From Candidatus Omnitrophota bacterium (GTDB lineage Bacteria > Omnitrophota > Gorgyraeia > Aquiviventales > Aquiviventaceae): DNA of 64,000 nt. This document shows, one piece after another, positions 63,625 through 64,000 of this stretch. Below the pieces are notes generated by a model. The model did not search any database. It worked only from the letters and a program-made list of their open reading frames with translations, and had not been told where the DNA came from. The DNA lies in the NCBI GenBank assembly GCA_016180575.1, contig JACPAY010000006.1, positions 10,165-74,164 of the forward strand. Reading direction: 5' to 3'. The translations under genes were made by a program, and so were the position numbers. The first letter of the stretch is position 1; each line of letters starts with the position of its first letter.

Positions 63625-64000
63625 CTATCGAAAACGTTGTCTGGCCGCGGGTGACGCGGAGCCGGGGACCCCGCCGCCTGCCCGCAGGCCGACGAGGCCG
63701 AGGACAGCCGGCGGGGTGGCGGCGCGGCAGGACCCGCGGCGGGCGGCCGGCTCCGGCAGATGGGCGGGCTTCAGCGTCCCCTCCTCATAGAGGCCGATGA
63801 TGGCGTCCACCACGATGGGGTCGAACTGGACGCCCCGGTTGCGCCGCAGCTCCCCGATCGCCCCCTCGATCGGCATCCCCTTGCGGTAGGGGCGGTCGGT
63901 GACCATCGCGTCAAAGGCGTCCACCACCGTGGCGATGCGCGCCCCGATGGGGATCTGCTCGCCCTTGAGCCCTTCCGGGTAGCCGGAGCCGTCGTACGCC
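63625..64000 (-). CDS. HD-GYP domain protein, 3' part (gene enters from beyond the window)
   Basis: Hand translation from 64000: AYDGSGYPEGLKGEQIPIGARIATVVDAFDAMVTDRPYRKGMP...FDPIVVDA. The last ~37 codons are repeat-derived. Confidence 0.75.
   Translation of the reverse strand, partial: AYDGSGYPEGLKGEQIPIGARIATVVDAFDAMVTDRPYRKGMPIEGAIGELRRNRGVQFDPIVVDAIIGLYEEGTLKPAHLPEPAARRGSCRAATPPAVLGLVGLRAGGGVPGSASPAARQRFR
63652..63737. repeat. GC-rich long-hairpin repeat, copy 4 (inverted orientation)
   Basis: TGACGCGGAGCCGGGGACCCCGCCGCCTGCCCGCA-ggccgacgaggcc-GAGGACAGCCGGCGGGGTGGCGGCGCGGCAGGACCCGC. Lies inside the 3' end of the HD-GYP ORF. Confidence 0.9.

Noticed and set aside
63597-63625. A promoter for fabG based on TATAAT 8 nt upstream of the ATG.
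   Set aside because: No acceptable -35 or extended -10 could be aligned. The upstream HD-GYP gene ends only 37 nt away, so co-transcription is equally likely. It is mentioned only as part of the leaderless-start observation.

Overview
High-GC bacterial chromosomal segment, roughly two-thirds G+C by eye (not computed), with almost every gene on the minus strand.

Left part: a partial rluD-like gene, then lgt, lspA, a dksA-like gene, ileS, yggT, proC and yggS. Next is a complete dcw cell-wall/division cluster (mraZ-rsmH-ftsL-ftsI-murE-murF-mraY-murD-ftsW-murG-murC-murB-ddl-ftsQ-ftsA). The cluster stops at ftsA with no ftsZ. The slot where ftsZ would sit holds an IS200-like Y1 transposase (RAYT) flanked by REP hairpin doublets.

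Middle part: ribF-truB-rbfA-DUF503, a CCA-family gene, a xerC/D-type recombinase and ligA. Then come a Zn-type ABC uptake locus and a lower-GC islet around tRNA-Pro(CGG). The islet holds a signal-less lytic transglycosylase plus a lipoprotein, and mazEF plus a third small gene. The riboflavin operon follows (ribBA-ribH-nusB-PHP-ribD-ribE).

Right part: a 2.3-kb low-GC transposon bounded by TIRs and an 8-bp TSD. It carries an IS1-type transposase and a three-gene cargo: a cytoplasmic trypsin-like protease, a small beta-rich protein and a Cro-like HTH. Then come smc, a FabL-like reductase, a ~12-kb T2SS/T4P-hybrid cluster (gspD to gspE) and fabF-acpP-fabG.

The most unusual content is non-coding:
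- Several families of hairpin-forming repeats sit in very short intergenic spacers or overlap start codons and gene ends.
- One GC-rich ~95-120 nt family has four copies with compensatory stem changes and a hypervariable apex.
- A 20-bp long-range stem ties the gspG stop codon to the gspH start codon across ~240 nt.

All calls come from reading the sequence and the ORF track. No searches or folding programs were run. Hand-derived coordinates may be off by a few nt.
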